From: the human T2T-CHM13v2.0 reference genome, Homo sapiens
DNA: 64,000 bases
Assembly (NCBI RefSeq): GCF_009914755.1
Contig: NC_060929.1
Reading direction: 5' to 3' (one strand)
Position 1 is the stretch's first letter; every line of letters starts with the position of its first letter. The translations under genes were made by a program, and so were the position numbers. The notes beneath the pieces are model-generated. The model saw nothing but the letters and a program-made list of their open reading frames with translations, made no database searches and had not been told where the DNA came from. Below, one piece after another: positions 11,850 to 25,844 of the stretch.

Positions 11850-13029
11850 ATCAAGGTACGCAGCGTTTTCCAACTTTCCCTAGTGAGAATGCCACATTCA
11901 AAACTGTAGAAAGGTTTATACTTTCTCCATTTATTAACTAGAGGAAATCCCCAAATATTTAGGATTCATATTACGCTTTGAAAACAGATGGGCTTCAGTG
12001 CAGCTTCCAAAGGGATGCACACTCCTCAGGGGAACGTGAGCTCCACGCGCAGCTGCCAGTAGCCATAGGTACTTTTGAATACAGAACGATCCTTCAACTC
12101 TGGGCAGCAGCCTGGCCTGCAGGACTGAGCCGGTGTAATGACTCAGGAATGTGCCAGCTGGGAGGAGGTGGCCCAGTGAGTGTTCCTCGCTGCAGCCTAG
12201 ATGAAGTCACTGCACGCTCAAAGTTCAAGATGGTCACAGAAAAACCCCTTTTTAAAAAGTCTGAACTCTTGTACTTGTTCATATGATCCAGTGTCCTCTT
12301 TCTGGGAAGAGGGACTTATTATTGTAGCTTCTAACAATAGTGAGGCATAGTAAACAGAGATAAAGTTCAGCTGGATGTCCCAGAAGCAGTGAGGAAACCA
12401 GGCCACTTAAAAACAAAGCAAAAGGCTGAGGCAGAAATGGCTTTAGGTTCATTTCTATAAGAGATGCTTCCCAACTCCCTGTTCCCCAGGTGCTCACCTG
12501 TATGGGCTGCTAAGCAACGTGGACAGGGGAAGTCTGTCCCATTCTATGCCCAGTGCTATGGACTCCCAGGAGCTCCAGCTACCTTGCTCCCCAACATGAG
12601 CCAGGCTGGAGAAGATGACCACTGAGAACCCACACAGCCCTCCGTAAGAGAGAGACGCGAGGCAAGAGAGCCTGGGGGAATCCACAGAAGAAAAACTAGA
12701 CTGGATTTTGGTTAGGTGACAAAAAGGAGCATGTCCCTGGGGTGCTGACAGATACTTCTTTGAGGTGGTTAGGACAGACCTCATCACAGTAAACCATTTC
12801 TCACAGCCCTGATCACTGCAGAGCAGTTCCTTTTCTCTGTACCCTACAAGTGGGTGGCTGATAATTCTGGGTTCCAGTATAACATGGCAACAGCCAGAAT
12901 CTGCCTCTGGGGCGGGATCTGTCAGGCTTCAGGAAGGGTACACAGGACAAAACCCCTCACCTCCACCCGTCCAGGGCAATGAGCTCATCCAGAAAGGCAC
13001 CATGTAAGAATGATTCAGTCTGGAGGCAG

Positions 13030-13640
13030 ACACTTAATCTGAACCCTGGTCCTCAGTAGTGACCTTAGGTGAAATTGGGCCCGTGTTCCTCAGTTCCTGT
13101 GTCCGTAAAATGGAGTAATAGCCTACCGCATAGGGATGTTGTGAGGATCAATTAAGTTAAAGTAAGTATCAAGCTTAGAACAGCACTTAGCACATGGCCA
13201 GCACTCCATCCATGTGGACTATGCCCCTGCAACAGGATCCAGCCTCCCCGTCCCTTGACCCGGCATAAATGCGACCACTTCTGGCTTTGTGTCTCAGGCA
13301 CTCCTTTTGCCACTTAGATCTTCCGGTTCTGGAGCCCATCTGGCATGTAGGTAATTAGCCTTTCCTTCAAATACTAATTTCCCCATGTAAAAGGAGTTGT
13401 GTGGTGGAAAGGATGTAACACAGAGCTGGAACTGCTTCAATGCTATAAACCACGCTCTAGCATTAACTAGCTCTGTGTCTTTGGGCAATAAACGTCACCT
13501 CTCTAAGGACAGTTTCCTCATCTCTAAAGTGGGGGTAAGGAAAGTCGCTGCCACGCTTTTTGGGTGGAATACAAAAACTGTGCACGGAGAGCCAGGTATA
13601 ATCGTAGGTACCAAGACATAGTAGGAATCATTACTATTAC
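13030..13640 (+). mobile_element. Two MIR fragments (~13030-13210, ~13430-13640)
   Basis: CCTCAGTTCCTG..GTAAAATGG..ATAG...GTTGTGAGGAT; CAGTTTCCTCATCTCTAAAGTGGG. Confidence 0.65.
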
Positions 13641-15648
13641 CATCATATAGGTCAACATTTATGTTTCTGCCGCTTATCTCCCCAAGGCCACAAAAGCACC
13701 TTCTATTATCATCCTCACTCTCTGTAGAAGGAAATTTGTCCAATGGCAAAGTCATAGGCAAGGGAAAAAGACCCACTAGGCAGGCAGGCAGGAAAACACG
13801 GGTCCCGACCCAGGCTCTCGGCTAATGGATGTGTGACCTCGCACAGCTCCACTGCCTACTCTGGCTTCAATGTCTCAGGCCCAAAGTGAAGGCGCTGGAC
13901 TTGCAGATCACCACTGTCACTTTCAGCTCCAAAAGTCAGTCACTTCAAGCATATGACCACCTCTTCTACCTTCTCCCAGACTAGAGGCTCCTTCTAGAGC
14001 AGATGGCTCCATAGGACCTGCTCCTCTGGAGAGGGAGGTCTCTGGTTGGAAGGGAGACGGGGAGACCCCACAGGTTACCAGGAATGGCAATGGACAGCCG
14101 TGGCTGATGGAGAGCTGAGCAGCCATGGCCAGGGCACACCCGTGGGCACTACACAATGGCCCTGGCCAAGGGTGGGAGCTGGCCTGGCTCCCTCTTCTGC
14201 TCATATGTTTTTTTTCCTGGGGTGGGAGAACCTAACTCTGACTTCTACTCTTGGGAAAACGGTAGAGCATTTCCCACTACGGTCTTTCGGCTAACTGCTA
14301 ACTGCTACAAATGAGGCCCCCCTGCCCCGGGCCGCAGAGATGGACCCTGCCATTAAAGGACCCTTACTCAGTTCTGAAAAATCACTGACCGTTCCTTTCT
14401 TATATACTTTTCCTTCCTGTTTCAGACAACTAAAATGCTTGGAATCACGAACAATTTGATAGCTGTATGCCGAAAGACATGGCAGAATACAAAGTCTTAA
14501 CCGTTTTTAAAAGGATTTCTATTTTGCTTTCTTATATATGTCAAGAAAGGTGCCAACTGATTAACACATACATATCAATTGGAATTCTAAAGCTGAAAAG
14601 CCAGCACTATGGGAGACTCCTTTTTAAGTGACTTAGCTTCAGGCAAGAGTCAGAAGTCATATCCCTTTCATTTCAAAACATAAACTGTATGAAACAGTCC
14701 TATAAAATTAACGTGTGCTATTTATCCTCCATTCCTCAGTAAATTATTAAAATCAAGCAGTACAATTCTCTCATCAGTTATAAATGGCCCTAGAAGGCAG
14801 ATTTACATCTATCCAGGGGCAATTTCTGATGACTATTTTTATTAATGATCTAATAAAATGTCTTGTTTTGTTATCAACTAAATGATTCAAATGATGTTTT
14901 AAAATCTAATACTCCAACCCAATAGTCTGGTGATTAAGCTACTGAGATGACATTAATTTAAAGTGATTTGCAATTTTATTTGGCATTATCAACAACACCA
15001 TGGATAGATTTAAATTTTTTTAAAAAAATTTTGCCTCCCATGCTGTTAAAGGCAATATTTTATAAGGTTCAGTAAAACTGAGCTGATTAGCATGATAATC
15101 ACCAATAGCAAAGGTCAGGGGTGAGAGGTTCTGATAAGATAAATTACTTGGCAGTCAGCCACGCACATCCTAAATTGACAGGTGGGCTGAAAGCTTGGGT
15201 TGTGAGAATAAAGCTATGTCAACAACAAGAATGACCCAAACACGTCCACTTTCACTCCTCCTAATTTCCTGACTTTTGCTCCAATCTGCCATTTAGCAGA
15301 GATGGGCATTCATAAAAGGAAGTGCTGAACCATCTCAGGCCTTTGTGATATGGGCAGGAATGAAAATGCAGACCTTCTACGGCTGGCTATGCGGAGGAGA
15401 GCAATAACCCTATGCTGTGTGCAGATACGACCCCTACTCCCACCCCAGGAAACCAAGGGCCCAGGCTCTTAACAGACCTGATGGATTTCTGAGGTAATAG
15501 GTAAAGCTGCATCAATTCTGCAAAAATAATTTTTCCCAGAACCCAGAATATTTGCTTTTTCCTCTCTTCTCACCAAAACTCATGCTTCTTGAAAATAATA
15601 CTCATTAAACATCAGCTAAAACTAAAGCACTTAAAAAGGAGTCACATT

Positions 15649-15939
15649 GGCCAGGCATGTTGGCTCACAGCTGTAATCTAGGGAGGCCCAGGCGGGTGGA
15701 TCACCTGAGCTCAGGAGTTTGAGACCAGCCTGACCAACATGGCAAAACCCTGTCTCTACTAAAAAAAACAAAAATTTAGCCAGGCATGGTGGCGGGCACC
15801 TGTAGTCTCAGCTACTCAGGAGGCTGAGGCATGAGAATCACTTAAACCCAGGAGGCTGAGGTTGCAGTGAGCCGAGATCACGCATTGCGCTTCAGCCTGG
15901 GTGACAGAGTGAGACTCTTGTCTCAAAATAAAAAAAAAA
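15649..15939 (+). mobile_element. AluS
   Basis: Dimeric Alu with a short 5' deletion; flanking TTAAAAAGGAGTC repeat. Confidence 0.93.
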
Positions 15940-16575
15940 TTTTAAAAAGGAGTCTCTCACATTGCTGACCTCCCAAACCAAAGAATTCACGTTAATATAC
16001 GTTTGCTGACACTTGTTTATCACTGTGATTACTAACAGCCAACTTTTATTGAACCAAGCACTGAAGTTCTAAAGTGGTAAGGCAATTCAGACACCTCTAG
16101 AACCAACCCTTGTTCACAACCAATTGTCCAAGGTTGAAGTACTGGACAATGGGGGTGGAGAGGGAAGGCAGGGAAGGAGACCTGAAGATACTCTTACTGC
16201 CCTCCGGAAACTTATTAACACTGGAATCAGGAAATACACAGATATAATAAAGACCTGAGCCACTGAAGACCATAACTAGGTCATTGAGAACTCAGTGCCC
16301 TGATGTGGGTAGGGCAGGACTGAGGGGTGAGAATCTTGAGAAAACCAAGATAAGGTTTTATCAGGGATATGATATCTGGGAAGTAAACAGACGGTTAATT
16401 CAAATGGGAGAGTTGTAGCTGAGGGGGGAGAAAAGGTTGACGTTTTTCTGCATCTGTTGTATAACCCCAGATGGTCGCATAAAAACACTTCTTAATAGAA
16501 GTCAAGAAGGGTGGACCATGCTGACACTGCTTATGTTCTCAGCAAGACAGAAGTGGCTGATAACCCTTTTCTGGC

Positions 16576-16622
16576 GTGTGCACGTGTGTGTGTCTGTGGT
16601 GTGTGTGTGTGTGTGTGTGTGT
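16576..16622. repeat. Interrupted (TG)n microsatellite
   Basis: Direct reading of the sequence. Confidence 0.92.
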
Positions 16623-17944
16623 ATTTCTGCAAGTAAAAATGGAAAATGAAGGGGCGAGTGATTTTTTAACCCAGGCATATCTGCTAGCTATATAGTATGA
16701 TGAATTTCAAACAGAAGAATTAAAACTCACCTTATGTTCTCACAGCCCCTCGTACCCATTCGAATTCACTTTTTAACTCACAGGATTATTTGTGAACTTT
16801 TTATAATGGTTTACGAGGAACTAGAATGACCCTTAACTACTTTAAATATGTTAGGCACTCAGGAGACTTGGGAGCTCTCAGTGTACAGAAAGCCTGGGGT
16901 AGGATGGAGCTCCCCCACAGTGAGGGGGTAGAAGAAGGCGGGAGGACCAGAATGTACCCTGGGGATGCTATCTGCCTGAGACAGGCAAAGGGGGGAAATC
17001 TGCCAAAGAGACAGAGGACAAGAGACAACCTGCCACAGAGATAACCTGCCAAGGGCGAAGAATGAGGGGGGATGGTCCTAGAAGGCAAGGGCGAGGACAG
17101 AATGAGGGTGGCAATGGCCCACAGGGGCCAGTGGACGTCATTGACAGTCACAGCCTGAGAAACAAACATTTCCCCCTAAAAAGAAGTAATGAGTCCAGCA
17201 GGAACTGAAGTCAGTCTTGCCGTGGCCCGAGATACACTTCAAAATGTTGCGCGCTGCAGTTTCACTAGATTCTCAATTTCTCAACCCCAAACATTTAATT
17301 AAAAGAAAAAAGTCCCAAGCAGTACTTTATCTGAGGAGTCATTACAATAAACAGGCAGTTAGTACAAGGTCAAGATAAGGAAGAATGTGAACAATACAAT
17401 GGTGTAGATGCTGTGGAGGGGCTGGGCAGGGGGCTGAGGGAAGGAAACGAGCCGGACAATGCACAGATGTCTATGTTTTCGCTGCCAGGAGTTCAGACAA
17501 ACAGGAAGACCTTAAACTTCTCCAACTGGGAACACTCGGTTTTGCCTGATGAGCAGAGGGGCTGAGCACATGACTAGAACACAGAAACAGAAGGTTGTCA
17601 TTAAGGCTACAAGACTCGCTCCACACAGAACCCACACCCAGCCTCCTTCTCAGGAAAACCCGGGCCTTGCTCACCTTGCGCCCAGGTTATGCTCCTCGGC
17701 CTCACAGCCTTTTCCCTTGGGCTGCTCAGTGAGGTTTTCGGGCACACTCACTCATGGGACCCAATAAGCCCAAGACACCAAGTTTCACAATTTTAGAATT
17801 TCCTACTGACATCTAGCAGAGAATTTATGTGTATACAGCTTCTAAGTGGGAACCAAAGAAAAAATGTCTGGCGTAATTATTCAAATGTCATGCTCTGTTC
17901 CAACAATAATATCACAATGGAGGTATAAGAATTGTTAGATATCC

Positions 17945-18247
17945 GGCCAGGCGCAGTGGCTCATGCCTGTAAACCTAGCACTTTGGGAGGCCAGGGCAGG
18001 CGGATCACTTGAGCCCAGGAGTTCAAGATCAGCCTGGACAAAATGGTGAAACCCCACCTCCACTAAAAATACAAAAATTAGCCAGGTGTGGTGGCGGGCG
18101 CCTGTAGCCCCAGCTGCTCAGGAGGCTGAGGCACAAGAATCGCTTGAACCCAGAAGGCAGAGTTTGCAGTGAGCCAAGATTGCACCACTGCACTCCAGTC
18201 TGGGGGACAGAATGTGACCCTGTTCTCAAAAAAAAAAAAAAAAAAAA
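17945..18247 (+). mobile_element. Alu (S/J), full length
   Basis: TSD AATTGTTAGA(T/C)ATCC; poly-A tail. Confidence 0.95.
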
Positions 18248-18465
18248 TTGTTAGACATCCTCAGAATCTCAAAAGTTAGGAATCTCATGAAATGTTTTCT
18301 CTTTGGAAACAGTTACATATTTTTCTCCCTGTTGAGTATTTTTTAAATGTTTGAAACTATGCAAACAATAAATATTTCTTGAAATAATTAAAACTTCAGA
18401 ACATTGTGTGGATATTTAATACTTGGTACTCCTTGAGTATTAAAGGTAAATGTTTCTAGATATAA

Positions 18466-18675
18466 CAGGGTTTCTCAACTTCAGTACTTCTAACACTTGG
18501 GGCTGAATAATTCTTTGTTGCAGGGGCTGGTCCTATAAATTGAAGGATGGTTAGCAGCATTCCTAGCTTCTTCCCACTATATGCCAGTAGCGCGCTCTCA
18601 GTCGTGGCCAAAAACAATGTCTTTAGACACTGCTGAATGTTCCCAGGGGACAATCCTGCTCCAGAAGGTACTGCT
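18466..18675 (-). mobile_element. MER20
   Basis: CAGGGTTTCTCAAC...TTGGGGCTGAATAATTCTTTGTTG...TTAGCAGCAT. Confidence 0.85.
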
Positions 18676-18699
18676 GTGGTTTAGACCCAGGGACTGAGA

Positions 18700-18900
18700 T
18701 GAGCGTCAAATGCTGACTATAGGACACACTGGCAGAATAAAGCAGGGCAATCACTAATCTCCCTATGCCTCAATTTCCCCAGCTATAAAATGAGGATATC
18801 TTATAGGGTAGAGATGAAGACTAAATGAGAGAATACATGTAAAGTGCTTTGCATAAAGCACTGTAATGCACAGAGTAAGCATTCAGTAAATGGTAGCAAT
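18700..18900 (+). mobile_element. MIR
   Basis: GCCTCAATTTCCCCAGCTATAAAATGAGGAT...TAAATGAGA..ATGTAAAGTGCTT. Confidence 0.75.
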
Positions 18901-21719
18901 GATAATGGTTAAAGAAAAGTCACAGATCCATAACCTTGGAAAAATGAATTGAGCAGGTCATTCATGGGGTCATTAATAAGAACGAATGCCCACACAGCTC
19001 ACATCTAAGCAGTCTGTACAGGGCACAAAGGCTAGTGTGTTAGAAACACACGGCCACTTATTAACACTCACCTTGATAAAAATCAAGTTGTTTTCATCCC
19101 TTGGAGGATAAAGTGGGGAGTAAAGAGAATAAAGAGAAAAGAGATGAAATGCGAAAACGGATACAGACTAAGGAGAAATATCCTGACACAAAGAGGAAAA
19201 GGTAAAAGTGTGCACCTTCTAAAAACTGCTTGAAGACACAAGTTAAAATAAACATGCTGCGTTTGGGAATAGGATACCACAGTGAGAGCTGGTGAGTATC
19301 TAAATAGCTGAAAATGGCCACTGCAAGGTGCAGAGGACAGTTGTGATGGAGCTAAGAAGAAAAGTAATATGGCTCAACACCAAGGAAGTAGGAAAGTGTG
19401 AGCACGGTAGATAGAGCCTCCTCTCTGGTCAAGAGCTGCCTTCCAGCTTCTTCCTATCTGAGCCTGCTGAAGAAGGCAGCAGAGCCACCCCAGCCTCCCC
19501 AAGTCCAGTGCCAGGGGCTTCAAACCTGGGTCTCTCCCACTAGCTGTTCCCCGGCCCCTCAGTAGGAAACTGAACAAAGCCCCGCTCTCTGCCTCTTCTG
19601 CTGGCCTCTGTAGCCCTGGCCCCCGCCACCACTCTCCAGAGCACTCCATTTTCTTGCCTCCCCACTCCTCCCCACACTCCAAGTTTGTGTGTCACATACA
19701 GGCTGGGTGTGGACGGACTCACTGGAACACAAATACTGTGAGTCAATCAGCACTCAAATCTCCTTGGGTTTAGAAATAGTCAGTGACTTTTTCCGGTAGC
19801 TGAAGTCTGAAATAAGCTGTTAAAAACAATCATCTTGACTTTCTATCTGACTCATAGCGAATGCAACATTAAATTGAAAACACCTCCTAATTAGCCACTC
19901 AGAAATACAACCAAGTCTTTGTGAGACAAAGCCTGGCAATATTTACTGAAATACTGTCTTTGCGGTCTTCTTCTGAACCCATGTTATACTTACATCCCAG
20001 TGATATGCAGTTATCTATTCTGTCATTCAAATGCACCAGATCGTTCCTTCCTCATCAAAGTAAATTAAATAACCCAGAATAGCAGTGGGCTTGTGCCTAG
20101 TGCTTAAGGCTGCACACTTTAACATTCAACAATGCGCCCCAACCATCTGTAATCTTCTGAGCCCAAGTTGGGTCCACACAAAAACCCAGTGGAGGCGAGT
20201 GATTTTTTACCATGATATGCTATTATTATGTTATTGTCAATTGAATGCACTTCAAAAACCAAATGAAGAAGACAAGACAGACCTCCATTCTTTCCTGAAG
20301 GCTACACAGCACCCTCCATGTGACCCCAACATCCAATCAAAGACATCACCGTGGCGTCGCTTTCCCGGGGAATTTTCACAAGATAAAAACATCCATAGCC
20401 CAGCTTGGAAAAGAAAACTATTTGATGCCAATGTGGAAGGACCCAATAGGTAGTTGAGGTTAGAAATTTGAATAACAGGCAACAAATACAGAGTTGACTT
20501 AAAATACCCTAAACTATTCTGAGAAACTCCAGAAGGTTGAATGTTAAATTCGCTTTGTCAGAATTAATTTGGGAAATATTTGGTCCTGCTTGAAGGAGAA
20601 CTCCAGTTCCCCGGCCAGCATTTTGTCAAGTCACCATTTCCATTGCTGGCTCATGTCAGTGAGCAGTGTGAGTGACTAAGTGTTCCTCTCCTGCCTCAGC
20701 TGGGAAGATTAACATGGGGCCAAACGCCTTGGAGACAGGAAAACAAACGAACCCAGTTACTATGTTTTTAACTCAGTTCTGTCTGGAAATCAGGAAGCAA
20801 GACTCTGAAGATCAAGCTTCGGGAAAGCTCTTAATGCTGATGAGGAGTTTTTTTTTTTTTTTTTTTTTTTTTCCAAAAGTTCAAATGAGAAGTCACTGAG
20901 AGCCTAGAAGTAAAGAAGGCTAATAAATGACAACCGCACTTGCAGATTGCCCCCTGGGTGGTACAGTCAACAGCCACTGCTCAGAATGACTTTTAACTCA
21001 AAAGGATCAGAAATTTGGACCAGCCTCCCATCTCGTTATTTCACCAGACCCTTTTGTGTTCACGAACTTTGTATATAAAGTCCTCTGACTGGAAACAGAT
21101 CTAGAAGGCCAGTTTCACTGCACTTCTAATGAAGTCAAGGGACGAAGGATTTCAGATTTTACTTCACAAAGAAAAAAAAAAGATTGTGAAATTTTCAACT
21201 TGTAATATTACAACAGTTTCTAGTCCCAGCAAAAGACAGACTAAACAACATCATTCAGCTGGGAAAATTAGCTACCCATCTTGGTCCCCACCCTACCCCA
21301 AGCTTTATTTATTCAGATACATGGCATTTACTGAACTGCCTGGATAAGAACATGAAGTCAGCAACACCTCTCGTTCTGAATCCTGAGGAGTGTAAGCGAT
21401 TAAGAGTAACATCCAATGGTCATTGATCTCTACTGTTTATTTCTCGTTTCTCAGTTCTGATAACCCTCCTTGATTTTCTGAACCTGGAGCTGCCAGCTAT
21501 TTTCCATCTCTGAACCACCACTATCTGTCTAAAATTGGATCTCTCTTTGGCTTAACTGTGCTCCCAGTAACATAAAACAATACTGAAATGCTTAAACCAA
21601 TGCATTTCTTGTGGGCACTTAGTCACAGAACTGTACCTGCTATGGGCTTCCAAGTTCTATTGTTCTAACTCAACTCTGCTGACACACTCTCCATTTTATG
21701 CTCTAAGACTCCTTTATCG

Positions 21720-22049
21720 CAGGGGTCCCCAACCCCCAGGCCACAAACCAGTACCGGTCTGTGGCCTGTTAGGAACTGGGCTGCACAGCAGGAGGTGAGT
21801 GGTGGCAAGCCAGAATTACCACCTGAGCTCTGCCTCTTGTCATATCAACAGTGGCATTAGATTCTCATAGGAGCACAAACCCTATTGTGAACTGTGTGTG
21901 CAAAGGATCTAGGTTGCATGCTCCTTATGAGAATCTAATACCTGATGATCTGAGATAGTTTCATCCTGAAACCATCCCACCCCATCATACATAGAAAAAT
22001 TGTCTTCCACGAAACAGGTCCCTGGTGCCAAAAAGGTTGGGGACCGTTG
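21720..22049 (+). mobile_element. MER1B hAT-Charlie element
   Basis: CAGGGGTCCCCAACCCCC...CCCTGGTGCCAAAAAGGTTGGGGACCG; degenerate 8-bp TSD CTTTATCG/CTCTATTG. Confidence 0.9.
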
Positions 22050-22476
22050 CTCTATTGTATTCATGTTAACTCATTACCATGTTTGTACACTGGTTATAGA
22101 ATGTGTTTCTGCAGCAATAACTAACAATGATGGTGCCATTTAGAGGCCCTACCAAAGCAGCAGGCACAGTTATGTATGTGTACCCACTAAATGCACCACC
22201 CCTTAACTCCCTCACAGCTGTCAGGTAGGTGCTATTATGTTTCACAAATAGGAAACTGAGGCAATGGCCATTTAAGTGTATCAATAAATATAGAGCATTC
22301 CCTTCAACACCCAAGACAGTCACAAGCATCCACATTCAAAAGATGTTAATAAATACCAACAACCAAGATACGTCTATTTTAACCAGCCTAATGCTAACAG
22401 ATAAAAACAGCTTGTTTTTTGAAAGCCAAATGTTAATTGGCAGAGCCCTGTCAAAGGCAAGTATTTTCATACTTTA

Positions 22477-22785
<309 letters not shown>

Positions 22786-23045
22786 GAATTAAAAGTTTGC
22801 GCAGACCAACACCTGGAATCCTGTAGCAAATGCCTTCATAAGAACTGAAAAGGACTCTTACTGATGACCTCGCTTTACTGTCACAGTATTCCTGTGAAAG
22901 GTTGAAAAGCAGAGAGAAAGTATAACACTTTTCCCTGAAGCATGAAGCCACACATTGCCCCTGGAAAGCATTTTGCAGCCTAGCAGTAACAGGGGGTTGG
23001 TGCAGGATGGAGCCAGGCCACGCAGCAAGGCTGGCATGTAGCATA

Positions 23046-23141
23046 CGGGAAGCGGAGCTTGCAGTGAGCCGAGATTGCGCCACTGCAGTCCGCAGTCCGG
23101 CCTGGGCGACAGAGCGAGACTCCGTCTCAAAAAAAAAAAAA
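23046..23141 (+). mobile_element. 5'-truncated AluYb8/Yb9
   Basis: Contains the Yb-diagnostic duplication GCAGTCCGCAGTCC and CGGGAAGCGGAGCTTG; all CpGs intact; A13 tail. Confidence 0.93.
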
Positions 23142-24494
23142 GAAAATGCTCACAGCTTTAAGAACAGAAAGCATTACATGACGAGACAGATGAAAGAATT
23201 TGTGAAACAAATCACTGAATTTTTGCAATATTAGAGAGTCTCAAGGAAGGAAATCATCTGACAGACTGAATCATAAATTTGTGCAATGCAAGAATTTATA
23301 AAAGCATCAGGGTGTGAATCATACCCACAAAATGTTTTTTAATATCTTTGCAAAAATCAGGCTCATGAATGTACCAACTCTTCCAACAGCACTTGTCTTT
23401 TTATTTCAGGTATTAACTGATTTACAACTTATTTTAAAAATTACAATAAAATCTACCTGCAAGACCAAATTTGTGGAAACTGGAAGAAGGGAGAGAAAAT
23501 AAACTAGTTCCCAGAACAGAAGATTGGGCAAATGCCATTTTGCCCATGCCAAGTTAAGCCATAAGATCCATCAGGCACATTATTTTTAGTAAATTACTCA
23601 AGGACATTCCAATTCATAGCTAAACATCATCAGTAAAATTTTTTCAAAATTGCAAATAATTTTTTTAAATTTTTAATTTTTTAATTTAAAAAATGAGTTT
23701 CTCTGAAATACCAAGTGACTGTTAAAAATAATGAAAAAATTCTAACCCATGTCTCTAATAATCAAATTATACCATTAGTATTTAAAAACAGAAAATTAAC
23801 CATTTTTGGTTTCACATATACATGTGGCTTTAGTCTACTGTTTCTCTAATACTTCTTGTAGAAGCATAACCACTAAGAAGGTTCACATGAAATCAGGCTG
23901 AACCATAAACAGTCATCCCAAGAGATTTGTCTACACACGGAACAGGGTGCTGGGGAGTGAGTTCTCCCTAGATATGATGTATTTATTCATTTATTCCCTT
24001 CCTCAAAGCATCCATCATGGAGTGAGGTCATTTGCCCTGAGTTCTACAGCAACTGATAAGGCCTTGTGAGTCAGTGGTTCTTCCCAGAAGTTCCATGCTC
24101 CATGGCTGCTGACTCTGTACCTATTGGGTCAGGCCTTATTAATCACTTTTATAACATGGAACCCAAACTGATCATAAGACTCTGACCACACAGACTCATC
24201 CTTGGTCACCAACAACACCTGTACCTGCCAGAGAATTCCATATGCAAATATGAAGATATGACTGCCCATTTATTCTAGAAGGATTAGGATTGTTTCTTAT
24301 CAGGTATTGGGTGGCAGAAAGAATGCCCCATAGCCCCTGCCTTGACAACGGTGTCCCTTCAACTACAAGTTTACTCATTTCATCACCAGCAATGCAAGGA
24401 TTTGAGTAAGCAGAGGGTAACATTTCTTTGGCAGAGACTGCTAGGTTCCTACCCAATACCCATTCTCCCCTTCTTCATTAACAGAACCTATGGC

Positions 24495-25119
<625 letters not shown>

Positions 25120-25256
25120 AATAAAACCCTACTTGATGGGGTAGCAATGGGCCCGGCTCAAAAGCCTACATTTCTCAACCTCCTCTGCAGATACAGTGGC
25201 CAATGAGATGGGGATGGACTTCTGTGAAAGCTCTTAAAAGGGATCTGACTCAGCTT

Positions 25257-25844
<588 letters not shown>

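Noticed and set aside
16725-16733. Consensus donor AAG|GTGAGT on the minus strand
   Set aside because: No convincing acceptor within exon distance.
20848-20872. Long poly-T run as another tail-only insertion
   Set aside because: No flanking duplication visible; simple homopolymer.
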